Shown piece by piece: positions 12,931 to 25,325 of a DNA stretch of 35,446 nucleotides. Both the position numbers and the translations under genes were made by a program. The notes under the pieces were generated by a model. That model worked only from the letters and a program-made list of their open reading frames with translations, did no database searches and was not told the origin of the DNA. Source of the stretch: Vicugna vicugna. Its lineage: Eukaryota. Within the stretch, counting starts at the first letter, position 1. Each line of letters begins with the position of its first letter. The stretch lies in the NCBI GenBank assembly GCA_013265495.1, contig MU061542.1, positions 340,972 to 376,417 on the forward strand. The letters run 5' to 3'.

Positions 12931-15900
12931 TCCTATTTTTGTCCTTTTTCCTTTAAAATTTGGTGTAGCATTTGCCTTTTTAAGACTTTTTATAGGATTT
13001 CCTTAAATGTCTTTTAAGATGTTTCAATTGTATAAAAATGATTGGAATTTTCAGTTTTGCTCTAATTACTCTCCCTTCTTGTTGAAATGCTGACATTTTC
13101 AGAATTGTGACTGTCTTACAGTGAGAAAAAATAGTGTGATTTCCAATGTATTTTGACACTCATGCAATCAATTTTTGGAGGAAGTGGTCTACATTTCATG
13201 GTGAAGTGTTTAAATCAGCTCTGCCTCCAGCAATATCAACCACACAGTATTTCTGCAGAAGATGTAGTTTTCTTCAGTAGAAAGCAGTTTTGTGATGTCA
13301 GATAGTGATGTTAACTTTTGGTATTGTTAATTTACTATGTACTATGGTGGGCGATGTGTTTTTATAAGCCATTAACACGTATGTCTTAATACAGTGGGAA
13401 AAGCTATACAATTTATGTTTTACAGTGACTGTGTCTCTACTTTTCCTTCTTGTCAAATGTGGTTTTGTTTTGCAAACAACCTGGATTTCATGGTTCAACT
13501 AGAAAGCAATAAATATGTAATGTAACATCAAAGGATGCTTTGATGTTAGTTTAAAATGCCTTCTCCTAAAGTTATTCCAAGTTACTCTAAGTAACTGCCC
13601 AAAAATTGTTACTTATATTTGCAAGGCCCTAACTATTCACAGGCTTGGTCTAAGATACTAAATTTCTCTGTAAGTAACTGAATTCAATTCAATTTTTATA
13701 AAGCCTATCCATTGTTCATATGAAATAAGCTCAAAGACCTGAATGAATTTATGCAAGGTATAAACAGTGAAGAATCAGGTATTCCCTCTGTGTAAGAAGG
13801 GTAAAACATAGAAGAACATCTTTGCAAGATAAATAAGAAACTCATTATTAACAATAAAGCCCATATTAATTAAGCACAAGAATAAGTGTAAAATAAATAC
13901 TACACTCATTTTTAAAGTATAGTAAATAAGTTTCCTTAAAGAGATAAAATTTGAAGTTGTGTGGAAAGCACAAATCAAGAAGCTTCCAAATCTACATCAT
14001 TTACTTTTGCTTTTAATACATTTCATGTGATAATTTTGATTTATCCTCCTTGCCAAGGAAGAATTAATTCTATACCAACCTTTCAAAACATAACAAATTA
14101 TTCCTACTAGACTCAGGCCCAACTGTGCTTTTTCTTTTAAATGCAGCACTGAATGAAAAATACAGAAATTCAGAGGAGAACCAATATGAATATTCTTCAG
14201 GAAAATTATTAATGATAAATTTTATTCAACAGATGTAAATGTAATTCAGCCTAAAAATTTCATTTTTTAAAAAATTTTACTGTGATTATGTGGGTTTTTA
14301 AACATCATCGTCCTATAACTTAATGGATATACCCTAGTTATGTTGTGTTATCAAACAAGGACTTTTTGACCATGTTCTATGTTGTAGACATGATAATGGG
14401 TTTTTTCATATTCAAAATATCAAGATATTCCCTGATTAGAACAGTATTTACTACTGCCTAAAACCCAATATTATTACTAAAATCTGTGTATTCCACATAT
14501 GGTTTAATCAATAGATGCTTTTACTATTGTTAGAAACTACAGATAGATAGGTAGATAGGTATCTAAGATATGGTGTCATTTCCCTTAAATCTTTAAGGTT
14601 AAGAAAATTAAGTACCTTTTGTATTTACAAGCTAACTTTCCAAAGTTTCTTAGCAGTCTCTCTTTGCTATTATCCTTCCCCTGATTATGTTAATATATCA
14701 TTCTTTTTCTGTCAGCTGTCTGAACTGTTAGTTGAAGATTTCCAAAATGCCTGAAAGGTGCAGTGTCAGCTGCGGGTACCCGAATCAGCATGGTAATATC
14801 AGTTTATTTCAATCTGGGCAATATAAATACATACACACTTGTATACAGTGCACCTTTGTAGAGGCACTTGGCACATTTCAAAATATAGTCTTTGTTATCA
14901 CATTAAGTGCCTGAAGCAGTGCAGAATTTTCACAAAAAATGTTTTCTTCTCAATTATTATTATTTTTTTAATTCTAAAATCTTTGGGAACAGATATTCTC
15001 CAAGAGTTGCACTAAAAAATACTAATTCTCATAATACTTGAATAAATTGCTAAGCAATCTAGCTTTTGCAATTGTTCCACTTTTAAATACACTTCAGTGT
15101 ATGAAGAAGCTGAATGCATTTATTTGGGAGAAATACTTAATTAGATCAGTAGGATTATACATACCATATATACACATGCTATTAATTTGAAGTTTAATTC
15201 TCTTGTTGTCTCTGCCCTACCAGCTTAACTGTTTTGTCACTTTTATGATCTCTTAGCCATCAGATTTCCTTTGGTAAATCTATAATCTATTAAACAAAAC
15301 AGTCAGTGCTAAACATGCATAGTTTTCATGGACTGGATTGCTTCTGTCCTTGCTTAATAGTGTTTGTTTTGCCCCTGGCAGTGGATCAGTGTCTGAGAAT
15401 ATCCATATTACTTTGCAAAATGCACCAACTGATTTGTGTTTTAGAATTCAGCTGATGTCAGTGAAATTGAATGAATATTGTCATGACAAGTAAGGCTTCC
15501 TCTAAGACTGAAGAATTTATTGGGTCAGAGTATATTGAAAGATCAAGACCACCTTTAAAGTACCAGCAAAAGGAATGGTCAGAAGGTGGGTTCAGGTTTC
15601 CAAGTTCCAGGTAGCAAGCACAACAGCAGGATCTGAGGCAGGATGCCCCATGTGCACAGAGGAAAGCACACTGGAAGCATTCTGAATGCAGGAAACCAGA
15701 ATCAAAAAGAAATTCAAGTGTGAGAACACTGAACAGTGGGCCCAGTGCTTGTACAGAAGTCAAGGTCAGAGGAAATAACTAAGGGGCTCTCATTCCATCA
15801 CATGTAAGTCTGGTGATGAAAATATCTAGAAGACTATACTTGAGAATTTTTTTTTTCTTTTCATTCTGACTGGTTGGTGTTTTCTCTTTACTAATTCTGG

Positions 15901-16964
15901 CATACACATTTATTCTTAAAAGTTGAGTTGGTCTTTTTCCTTGAAAAGTTCTGATTTATAACATCATAGTAAAGAACAGCTTTTCTGTAAAACCCAATGC
16001 AAAATGGCTAACCAGAGGAATCTAACTTGTTTAATAATTATTCCCATAAACAATTTTATCAGCCTTTAGTTGCAGTGTGCTTGTATATATGTATATATGT
16101 TTTATATGAACCTGTATTCATATAAGTTGATAGATGTATAGCTTCACAAACATATTTTACAATTGTGGGCCATTGTATATATTCAGATATTATTGCATTT
16201 TCTTTGATGGTAAAATTTTGTTTCATAAGCTGGGGAAACAATCTCTAATGGCATAAAAACTAGTATTCTAATTCAAATTCTTAATATATTCAAAATTATA
16301 TCTGAAAACATTTTATAAAAACGATTTTAATTTAAGGAAGTTTCCTACTTCACCTTTTTGAAGTATATCACTATTCTTTTTTCTTCTTTGCAGAAGCTGC
16401 TGTATTTTTTTTCTCAAGGTCATATAGTCCTATATCAGATAGCAACAGAGCTACAGCAATAACAGCAGATGTCATCTTAGATTAATGTAAATGCATTTTT
16501 TTGGTAATTTTTATAGTTTCTCTCCTTTGCACCCATTTTGACAGGGAACAATGTTGGGTTCAATGTCAGATGCCCTAGAGGTGGCCTAGAGTTATTTTAA
16601 AGGATTCAATTTGCTTTGCTTTTCATGTAAGAACCGTTTCTCTTCTTAGATATTTTTGAGGTATAGGAGAAACTATTTCTTACATAAAATATTTGTAAAA
16701 ATTTACTCTTTATATAAACTTTCATTATAGAATCACAGAATTTTAAATCCAGAGACCATAAAGATCATTATTCTGATGTTTCTAAAAGCTTAATTGGTAA
16801 AAATTTCTGTCTGCCACTCATTTTTATTCTTTTATTTTTCCCATGAATGCAATTATTCTTACCTTCTCTTCCCAATTTTCCTATTCCTCCTTTAGGTAAA
16901 CAGGGGAGAGTTTGACTATTTTACCAGGTTTTAGTACATTTTGAATTATGAAACACTACAGTGA

Positions 16965-17070
16965 TTCAACTCTTTATTTCACAGATAAAGAAACAAATGT
17001 ACACAACAGTTTACCTAGTTGCACAAGAGCACACAGAAAAACCTAGTAGTAGAGATAGAACTAAGAATGT
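16965..17070 (-). mobile_element. MIR fragment
   Basis: tatttcacagataaagaaac...ttgcacaagagcacacag. Confidence 0.55.
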
Positions 17071-17199
17071 CCTAAAGGCTCATTAGTAGGGCAGTTTCCC
17101 CCATAGACCTCTTACTCTATTTTTCCCTTATCTTTTTTTTAATCACCATATTCGTAATTTCTCGATTGAAAACTCCTAGCTCATCCCTGTTCATTTTTC

Positions 17200-18040
17200 C
17201 CCTGTGCTTGCTATTCGATTATTTTGTCTTCATCTGCTTTCAGTAACTTTTTCAATATTTATATACCCAATACTAGAGTACAGATAAAAGCTAGATCAGA
17301 ATATGTTATGCTCTGGCTTGAAATGATCCACTGATTCACATAGCACTTAATGTCCCAGTTCCAATTTTATTCCCCAATAACCTAGCTGATTTGGTCACTA
17401 TTTACCAAGCAATTGTGTGCAATGGGAAAAACTCGAGTTTCATATGCAGTCTCCCTGGGTTAAAATGTTGTGTTTTTATTTACTATGGTAATATAACTTT
17501 GTTGTATTACTCTACTGCTCTGTGACACAATTACCTCAAGTGTAAAATCTGCATAATAATTGTTCCTGGCTCATAGTCCAAAGGATTAAATGAGTTAATA
17601 TGTCCAAAGTACTTAGAACAGTGACAGGTACATAGTGAACATTTAATAAGTTAAGCTGTTATTATAATTCCCTCTTGCCTATTACCATCCAGCCACATTG
17701 ACCTTCTTTCTGTTATTTGAACATTCTTTGTTAGGCTTTTAATTAACTCTTAAGATTTCCACTCTTTGTGCAACTTTCTTACCCAAGGGCTTCTTATGTT
17801 TATCATTTTCTTGACTTAGGATTTTCAGTTTATGTGTTAAATACTCATAGAGATCTTACCCAACTCCCAAAAATCACAACCATTTATTTTTTTCACATCA
17901 ACCTTTTCATTTTTGTCATATAAAATTTTGGGTCTGCTATTTCTTATTATTTATCTGTGAGCTCCTCTATCTTGTGCATTCATGAGAATGAAATTATCTG
18001 TAATAATTCCTACTGCTCAGAGTAGCTTAAGAGTAGATAC
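17200..18040 (+). mobile_element. L2 LINE 3' relic, interrupted by a MIR
   Basis: L2-like motifs agaatatgttatgctctggcttgaaa and ccagccacattgaccttctttctgttatttgaaca; boundaries approximate. Confidence 0.55.
17410..17670 (+). mobile_element. Near full-length MIR
   Basis: aggattaaatgagttaatatgtccaaagtacttagaacagtgacaggtacatagt is a typical MIR 3' end. Confidence 0.8.
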
Positions 18041-18229
18041 TCACCAGCAGAGATTGAAAAGCGTATAGTAATAGCCCCTAAAAACTACTGTCATATGAGT
18101 TTTTTAACTCTTTTTTTATTTCTTAAAAATATTTTGCCTTAGCAGTCCTCAAATTATCAAATATCACTCTCTTTATCTCTAAAAAGTATAAGTAGAAAGG
18201 TTAGTAATTTTTGGATAATTTAAGAATCA

Positions 18230-18303
18230 GAGATCTTGTACATACTTCCCTGATACAACATTGTAAAATGACTAGAACTCAATTTAAAAAAATGTTAAAA
18301 AAA
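18230..18303 (+). mobile_element. Very short L1 3' end with 5' inversion
   Basis: Direct repeat aagaatca (18222-18229, 18304-18311); inverted 22-mer agatcttgtacatacttccctg followed by the sense terminus acaacattgtaaaatgac...aatgttaaaaaaaa. Confidence 0.85.
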
Positions 18304-18576
18304 AAGAATCAAGGAGACAAATATTACAATTCTACTTCAGAAACATAATTTTTTGGCCCTTATTATTTATATTCCATCGGTAATTCTTTCTTTAGGTAAG
18401 TGTCAATTACCTAATTATGTTTAGTTTGCACTGAAATAAAGAAGTATAATGAGATAAACTTCCTTTGGACCCTGCCATTGTATGTAACTTTACTGAAAAT
18501 GTTAGAATACTGTCTCCAATGACGATTCCACAGTATACACTAGACAGACAAATAAGGATTAATAACATTACCTAAA

Positions 18577-20238
18577 GGGAAGAGAGAAGATGGCAGAGTA
18601 GAAGGACACTTGCAGCTCACCCTCTCCCAAAAATGCACCAAGACTCACATCCACAGACCCACTCAGCCAACCAGGGCACCTGCGGAACTCCGACAGAACA
18701 TCGCCCACTTCAAAAGATAAAGACAACAAAAATCTGGTAGGAGAAAAGGAAAAATGAAAGAACAAAAGGTAAAGCAGAGCAGGAAGGGTCCCGTGGGGAG
18801 GGAGAGGTAAAGGAGGACTGGGGCTCACTCCCTGTGTCTCCCCTCTCCAACTAAGAGGCCAGTGAGACAGAGGGGGAGACTCTGAGGCTTGGATCTGTAC
18901 AGAGCATCCCTTGGCTGACAGAACTAAGTTAAATGGGCAGAGAAGATTCCCCCAACACCCAGACTGAGATGCGGGCCGGCAGCTGTGGGCAGGGCCAGGC
19001 TGCTCAAGCCCGGCGGATGACGGGGGTGGATGCACTGAGGCATCCCCCAGGGACTGAAAGGGTCTGTGCGCCACGGCTGTGGGGGCACAGGGCAGAGCAA
19101 CCTGGGCCCTCAATAAAACAACACAGTTGCGCCCTGTGGGGAAGGGTGCATACCCCTGTCTATGAAAACCTGTGGAAAGTTTTCGAGGGAAGAGAGGTGG
19201 GGCTCAGGCACAGCCACCATATCCTCTGGCACTTAGCATCCAGACTGGGGTGGGGGCGAAACCTGCATCTGCACTGAAGGGCTTAGCAGCCTCAAAGGCC
19301 AGAAGAAGACTTGTCTACAGCCTGAGGCAGATAGGATCCTTCCATCCTGGTCCCTCAGAGAAGTTGCTCCACCAAGACAAACAAGGAGCTGAGTTTTGGC
19401 CCGAGCAGGGACAAGGCGGTTCCTCTGTCTTCCCTGAGCCCACCTGTGGAGCGCCTGCCCGAGGCGGAGCGTGCAGCCACACAAAGCAGCAGAGATACCG
19501 GCTCCAGGAGAGGGAGGTCGGCCCCCCGCCTTGTGGGAAGGAACACAGCCCCTGACCGCAGTGCTGGGAGGGGGCATGACCTGCCCTCCTACCTGGCCAG
19601 TCTGCAACATCTGACTGTGGCATCAGGAGGGACAGTGACCAGCCCACCCACAGAGGAGAGCTGCACCTGACCCAGTGTTGGGAGGTGGAGCGATCTGCTT
19701 TCCAACAGGTACTGAGAGCAGCACAGAAGAGGGCACCAATGGAGGGCCTCTGGAAACAGCAAGCTGAGCTTCCAAAACAAGATGAAGACAGAAAGACTTC
19801 ACATTAAAAGCACACAGACTCCAAGAGAACACCGACACCACTGACCTTTTTTTCTTTTTTAATCTGTTTTTCCCTGTTCTATTTTCTATTAACCTTTTAA
19901 TTTTTACTTCTTAAATAATTTCTATTTCTCTTGGGTTTTGATGTCTTGTTATTGATTAGACACAGGTTTCAAATACATTTTTTCATATTTCCCCCTTTTT
20001 TAAAAGTGATAAAAGGACGTCCCAACCCGATTGATATTCTGCTTCAACTTGCTCTTCTATTATTCATTATGCACTGTTTTCAAACCTTCTTTCTCCCTTC
20101 TTTTAAAATTCTTTCTCTCTCCTCTTATTTTTTTTCTTTTTTTTTTAAAGTCTTATTCCTAAATAGGCATTAGATAGATAAACTCCTTAAGGACCAAACA
20201 GATAACTGATACTCCATAAACCACAGTGCCAGAGAGGT
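18577..20238 (+). promoter_or_regulatory. L1 5'UTR / internal Pol II promoter with 5' YY1-type motif
   Basis: AAGATGGC at 18587-18594, at the position of the YY1 site in human L1; GC/CpG-enriched to ~19800, then a T-rich tract before the ORF1 ATG. Confidence 0.8.
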
Positions 20239-21134
20239 ATGAGCAAGGTGAAGAAGCAGAGAAACCTTTCCCAATTAAAAGAACAAGAGAAATCCCCTGA
20301 AAGAAAGATCAATGTTATCAATAGCCTACTAGATCAAGATTTCAAAAAAAGAGTGATCAAAGTGCTGAAGGAATTAAAAGAGATAGTATTTAGAGATATA
20401 AAATATGTCAAAAATGAAATTGAAGCTATAAAGAAGAGCTAAGTAGAATGGGTAAACTCATTGACAGAGATGAGGAATGATCTAATAGCTGTGGAAAGCT
20501 GACTAGATAATGCAGAGGAACGAATTAGTGACCTAGAAGACAGGAAAATAGAAAGCACCCATTCAGAAGAGCTACAAGATAAGAAAATAAAAATAATGAA
20601 GATAGCATAAGGGACCTATGGGATAATATAAAGCATTCCAATCTTCGCATAATAGGGGTCCCAGAAGGAGAAGAAAGATCAAAGGGGATTGAAAAGGCTT
20701 TTGAAGAAATCATGACTGAAAACTTCCCAAACTTAAAGAAGGAATCAGATATCCAAGTACAGGAAGCTCAGAGGGCCCCAAACAGGAAGAACCCAAATAG
20801 ACCCACACCAAGACATATCATAATCAAGATGGCCAGAAAAGGATAAAGAAATGATTCCAAAGACAGCAAGAGAAAAGCAAAGAGTAAGTTACAAGGGAAC
20901 CCCCATAAGGATCTCAGCTGATTTCTCTACAGAAACACTACAGGCCAGAAGGGAACGGCAAGATATATTCAATATCCTGACTGAAAAAAAGATGCAGCCT
21001 AGGATACTTTATCCAGCAAGGCTATCCTTTAGGATAGAAGGAGAAATAAAGAATTTCACAGACAAGAAAAAGCTGCAGAAGTTTAGCAACAATAAACCCA
21101 TTCCAAAAAATAAATATTGAAAATTCTATTCTAA
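20239..21134 (+). pseudogene. L1 ORF1p (RNA-binding chaperone), disrupted
   Basis: MSKVKKQRNLSQLKEQE... coiled-coil start; later TPIRISADFSTETLQARR and ILYPARLSF motifs; in-frame stops at 20440 (TAA) and 20500 (TGA) plus frameshifts. Confidence 0.93.
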
Positions 21135-21536
21135 ATAGAAAGACAGCAGGATGCTACAGGATTGAGAAACTCATAACTAGAAAGGTGATAACTCATCAAT
21201 TACAAATAAAATAAACACGAAATTATAAAAGAAGACATACAAATCACTGAGAGTGGGAGAGGGAGGCAGGGAAATATAGAATATAATATTTCTTTTATTT
21301 AAATATTTTTTAACGATAGGATGGATTTGAGATCATGTTACTATCAGATTAATAAAAACAGTTATAGTAATGGGCTAATAGATTTATGAAAAAGGGTAAC
21401 CACAAGCCAAAACCTTACAAGGGAGTCACAAAAATTAAATAAAAACTATGATAACACAAAGGAATATTACCAAACACAAAAGGAAGAAAAAGGAACAAAG
21501 ACGATATGCCAATTCAACTGCAAAGATAAGTTCAAA

Positions 21537-24500
21537 ATGGCAATCAACACACATCTATCATTAATTACAGTAAATGTTAAAGGAGTAAATGCTCCAGTTA
21601 AAATACATAGTGTGACAGACTGGATAATAAAGCAAGAACCTTCAATATGCTGGATACAACAGACCCACTTTAGGGAGAAGGACACGTATAGACTGAGAGT
21701 GAAAGGATGGAAAAGGATATTCCATGCAAATGGAAAAGCCAAAAAAGCAGTCGTTGCAGTACTGATTTCAGACAAAATAGACTTTAAAACAAAGGCCATA
21801 AAGAAAGATAAAGAAGGACATTTTATAATGATTAAAGGAGTGATACAAGATGAGGATATTACGCTCGCTAATATATACAGCCAATACAGGAGCACCTAAG
21901 TACATAAAACAATTACTAACAGAAATAAAGGGGGATATTGATGGGAATACAATCATAATTGGAGATTTTAACACTGCATTAACTTCACTAGACAGATCTT
22001 CCAGACAGAAAATAAACGAGGCAACAGAGAAATTAAATAATACAGTGGAAAAATTATTTTTGGTGGATATTGTCAGAACATTACACACCCTAAAATAGGA
22101 TATACTTTATTTTCAAGTGCACATGGAACATTTTCCAGGATCGATCGTGTATTGGGCACAAAAGAAACCTGAACAATTATAAGAAGATAGAAATAATCTC
22201 AGGCATCTTTACTGACCACAATGCCATGAAACTGGAAATCAACAACAGAGAAACAAAGGAGAAAAAAAGGAAAGCATGGAGATTAAGCAATATGTTATTG
22301 AAAAAACAATGGATCAATGAGGAAATCAAAGCTGAAAATAAAAAATACCTTGAGACAAATGACAATGAAAGCACAAACACTCAAAATCTATGGGACAAGG
22401 CAAAGGCTGTGCTAAGAGCGAAGTTTATAGTGATACAGGCCTTCCTCAAAAAAGAAGAACAATCTCAAATAAACAATTTAACACACGCCTGAATGAATTA
22501 GGAAAAGAAGAACAAAAAGCAGCAAAAGGAAGGAAATAATAAAGATCAGAGAGGAAATAAATACAATAGAAATTAAGACCACAGAAAAAAATCAACCAAA
22601 CCAAAAGCTGGTTTTTTGAAAAAGTAAATAAAATCGAAAAAACCCAGGCCAAACTCACAAAGAAAGAAAAGAGAGCACAAATTAGCAAAATAAGAAAAGA
22701 AAATGGAGAAAGAGCACAAAAAAATAAGAAAAGAAAATGGAGAAATTACAACAAATAAAATAGAAATACAGAATATCATACGAGAATATTATAAAAAACT
22801 ATATGGAACCAAACTGGATAACCTAGATGAGATGGACAAGTTTCTGGAAATATACTGTTCACCAAGACTGAATCAAGAGGGAACAGACGACCTGAACAAT
22901 CCGATCACTAGAAAGGAAACAGAAATAGCAATTTAAAACCTCTCTACAAATAAAAGTCCAGGACCGCACGGCTTCACCAGGGAATTCTACAAAACATACA
23001 AAGAGGAACTCATACCAGTCCTTCTCAAACTCTTTCACACGATTGAAAAGGAGGGAATACTCCCAAACTCAATGAAGCCACCACCACCCTGTTACCAAAA
23101 CCAGGCAAAGACACTACAAAAAAAGAGAATTATAGGCCAATATCACTGATGTACTTAGACGCCAAAATCCTCACCAAAATATTAGCAAATAGAATCCAAC
23201 AACACATAAAGAAGATTATACATCATGACCAAGTGGGATTCATCCCAGGGACACAAGGCTGGTTCAACATATGCAAATCAATCAATGTAATATATCACAT
23301 CAACAAGAGAAAGGACAAAAATGAAATGTATATCTCAATCAATGCAGAAAAAGGTTTTATAAAATTCAACACCCATTTATGATAAAAACTCTTGCCAAAG
23401 TGGGTATAGAGGGAACATATCTCAACATCATAAAAGGTGTATATTACAAACCTACAGCGAGCATAGTACTCAACGGTGAAAAAGTCAAAGCCTTCCCACT
23501 AAAATCTGGGACAAGACAAGGATGCCCACTATCACCACTCCTATTCAACATAGTCATGGAAGTCCTTGCCACAGCAGTCAGGCAAGAGAGAGAAATAAAT
23601 GGGATCCAAATTGGAAAACAAGAGGTAATAGTGTCACTATATGCCGACGACATGTTACTATATATAGAAAACCCTAAAAGGTCCACACAAAAACTACTAG
23701 AGCTGATTGAAGAATTCAGCAATGTAGCAGGTTACAAAATTAACGTTCAAAAATTAGTTGCATTTCTTTACACTAACGATGTAACAGAAAAAGGAAGTAA
23801 AGAAAAAATCCCAGCACCCAAAGTAATAAAATATCTAGGAATAAATCTAACTAAGGAGGTGAAAGAATTTTATACATAAAAGTATAAACCATTGATGAAG
23901 GAAATTAAAGAAGACTTAAAAAATGGGAAGATATCCCATGCTCTTTGATTGGAAGAATCAATATTGTTAAAATGGTCACACTGTCCAAGGAAATCAACAG
24001 ATTTAATGAAATCCTTATCAAATTTCCCAGGACATATTTGACAGAACTAGAACAAATCATAATAAAATTTATCTGGAAACATCAAAGACCCAGAATTACC
24101 AAAGCATTACTGAAGAGAAAGATAGAGGCTGGAGGAATAACTCTCCAGACTTCAGACAATACTCTAGACGTATAGTCAACAAGACAGCATGATATTGGTA
24201 CAAAAACAGACATAGAGACCAATGGAACACAATAGAGAGCCCAGAAATTAACCCACAAACTTTTGGTCAACTCAACTTCGACAAAGAAGGCAAGAATATA
24301 CAATGGAATCAAGACAGTCTCTTCAGCAAATGGTGTTGGGAAAACTGGACAGCAGCATGTAAATCAATGAAGCTGGAACAGTCCTTTACACCATATACAA
24401 TAGTCAACTCAAAATGGATCAAATACTTAAACATAAGACAAAATAAAATAAACCTTCTAGAGGAAAACATAGGCAAACACTCTCTGACATACATTTCAAA

Positions 24501-25325
24501 AATTTTCTCCTAGTAGATATAAAAGCAAGAATAAACAAATGGGACCTAATGAAACTTACAAGCTTCTGCACAGCAAAGGAAACCAGAAGTAAAACAAGAA
24601 GACAACCTACGGAATGGGAGAAAATTTTTGCAAGTGAAACCGACAAAGGCTTGATCTCCAGAATATATATGTAGCTCATACGACTCAATAAGAAAAAAAT
24701 AAACAACCCAATCCAAAAATGGGTGGAAGACCTAAACAAGCAGTTCTGCAAGGAAGAAATACAAATGATCAAAAGGCACATGAAAAATGCTCAATATCAC
24801 TAATTATCAGAGAAATGCAAATCAAAACTAGAATGAGTTATCACCTCACACCAGTCAGAATGGCCGTCATTCAAAAATACACAAATGACAAATGCTGGAG
24901 AGGCTGTGGAGAAAGGGGAACCATCCTACACTGCTAGTGGGAATGCAGTTTGGTGCAGCCACTAAGGAAAACAGTGGAGATTCCTCAAAAGACTAGGAAT
25001 AGTCTTACAATATGACCCAGGAATCCCACTCCTTGGCTTGTATCCAGAAGGAACCCTACTTCAGGATGACACCTGCACCCCAATGTTCATAGCAGCACTA
25101 TTTACAATAGCCAAAACACAGAAACAGCCTAAATGTCCATCAACAGGTGACTGGATAAAGAAGAGATGGTATATTTACAGAATGGAATACTACTCAGTAA
25201 TAAAAACCGACAACAAAATGCCATTTGCAGCAACATGAATGCTCCTGGAGAATGTCGTTCTAAGCGAAATAAGCCAGAAAGAGAAAGAAAAATATCATAT
25301 GAGATCGCTCATATGTGGAATCTAA
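21537..25325 (+). pseudogene. L1 ORF2p (APE endonuclease, reverse transcriptase, CCHC domain), disrupted
   Basis: [44 protein letters not shown] (23640-23651), KYLGI. C-terminal CWRGC...HC*WEC. Split over more than ten ORF fragments. Confidence 0.97.

Noticed and set aside
16370..16500. Strong acceptor-like tract ttcttctttgcag
   Set aside because: No good paired donor or meaningful reading frame.
18561..18576. TSD for the full-length L1 (aataacattacctaaa versus 25638-25660)
   Set aside because: Only degenerate matches in two competing registers (e.g. cattacctaaa/caataccaaaa, 9/11); cannot be called.
18933..19841. Cluster of overlapping ORFs on both strands
   Set aside because: Expected in the GC-rich L1 5'UTR; no protein motifs.
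21537..25325. Novel RT-based system (retron, DGR or defence RT)
   Set aside because: The RT is fully explained as LINE-1 ORF2 with EN and CCHC domains in canonical order.
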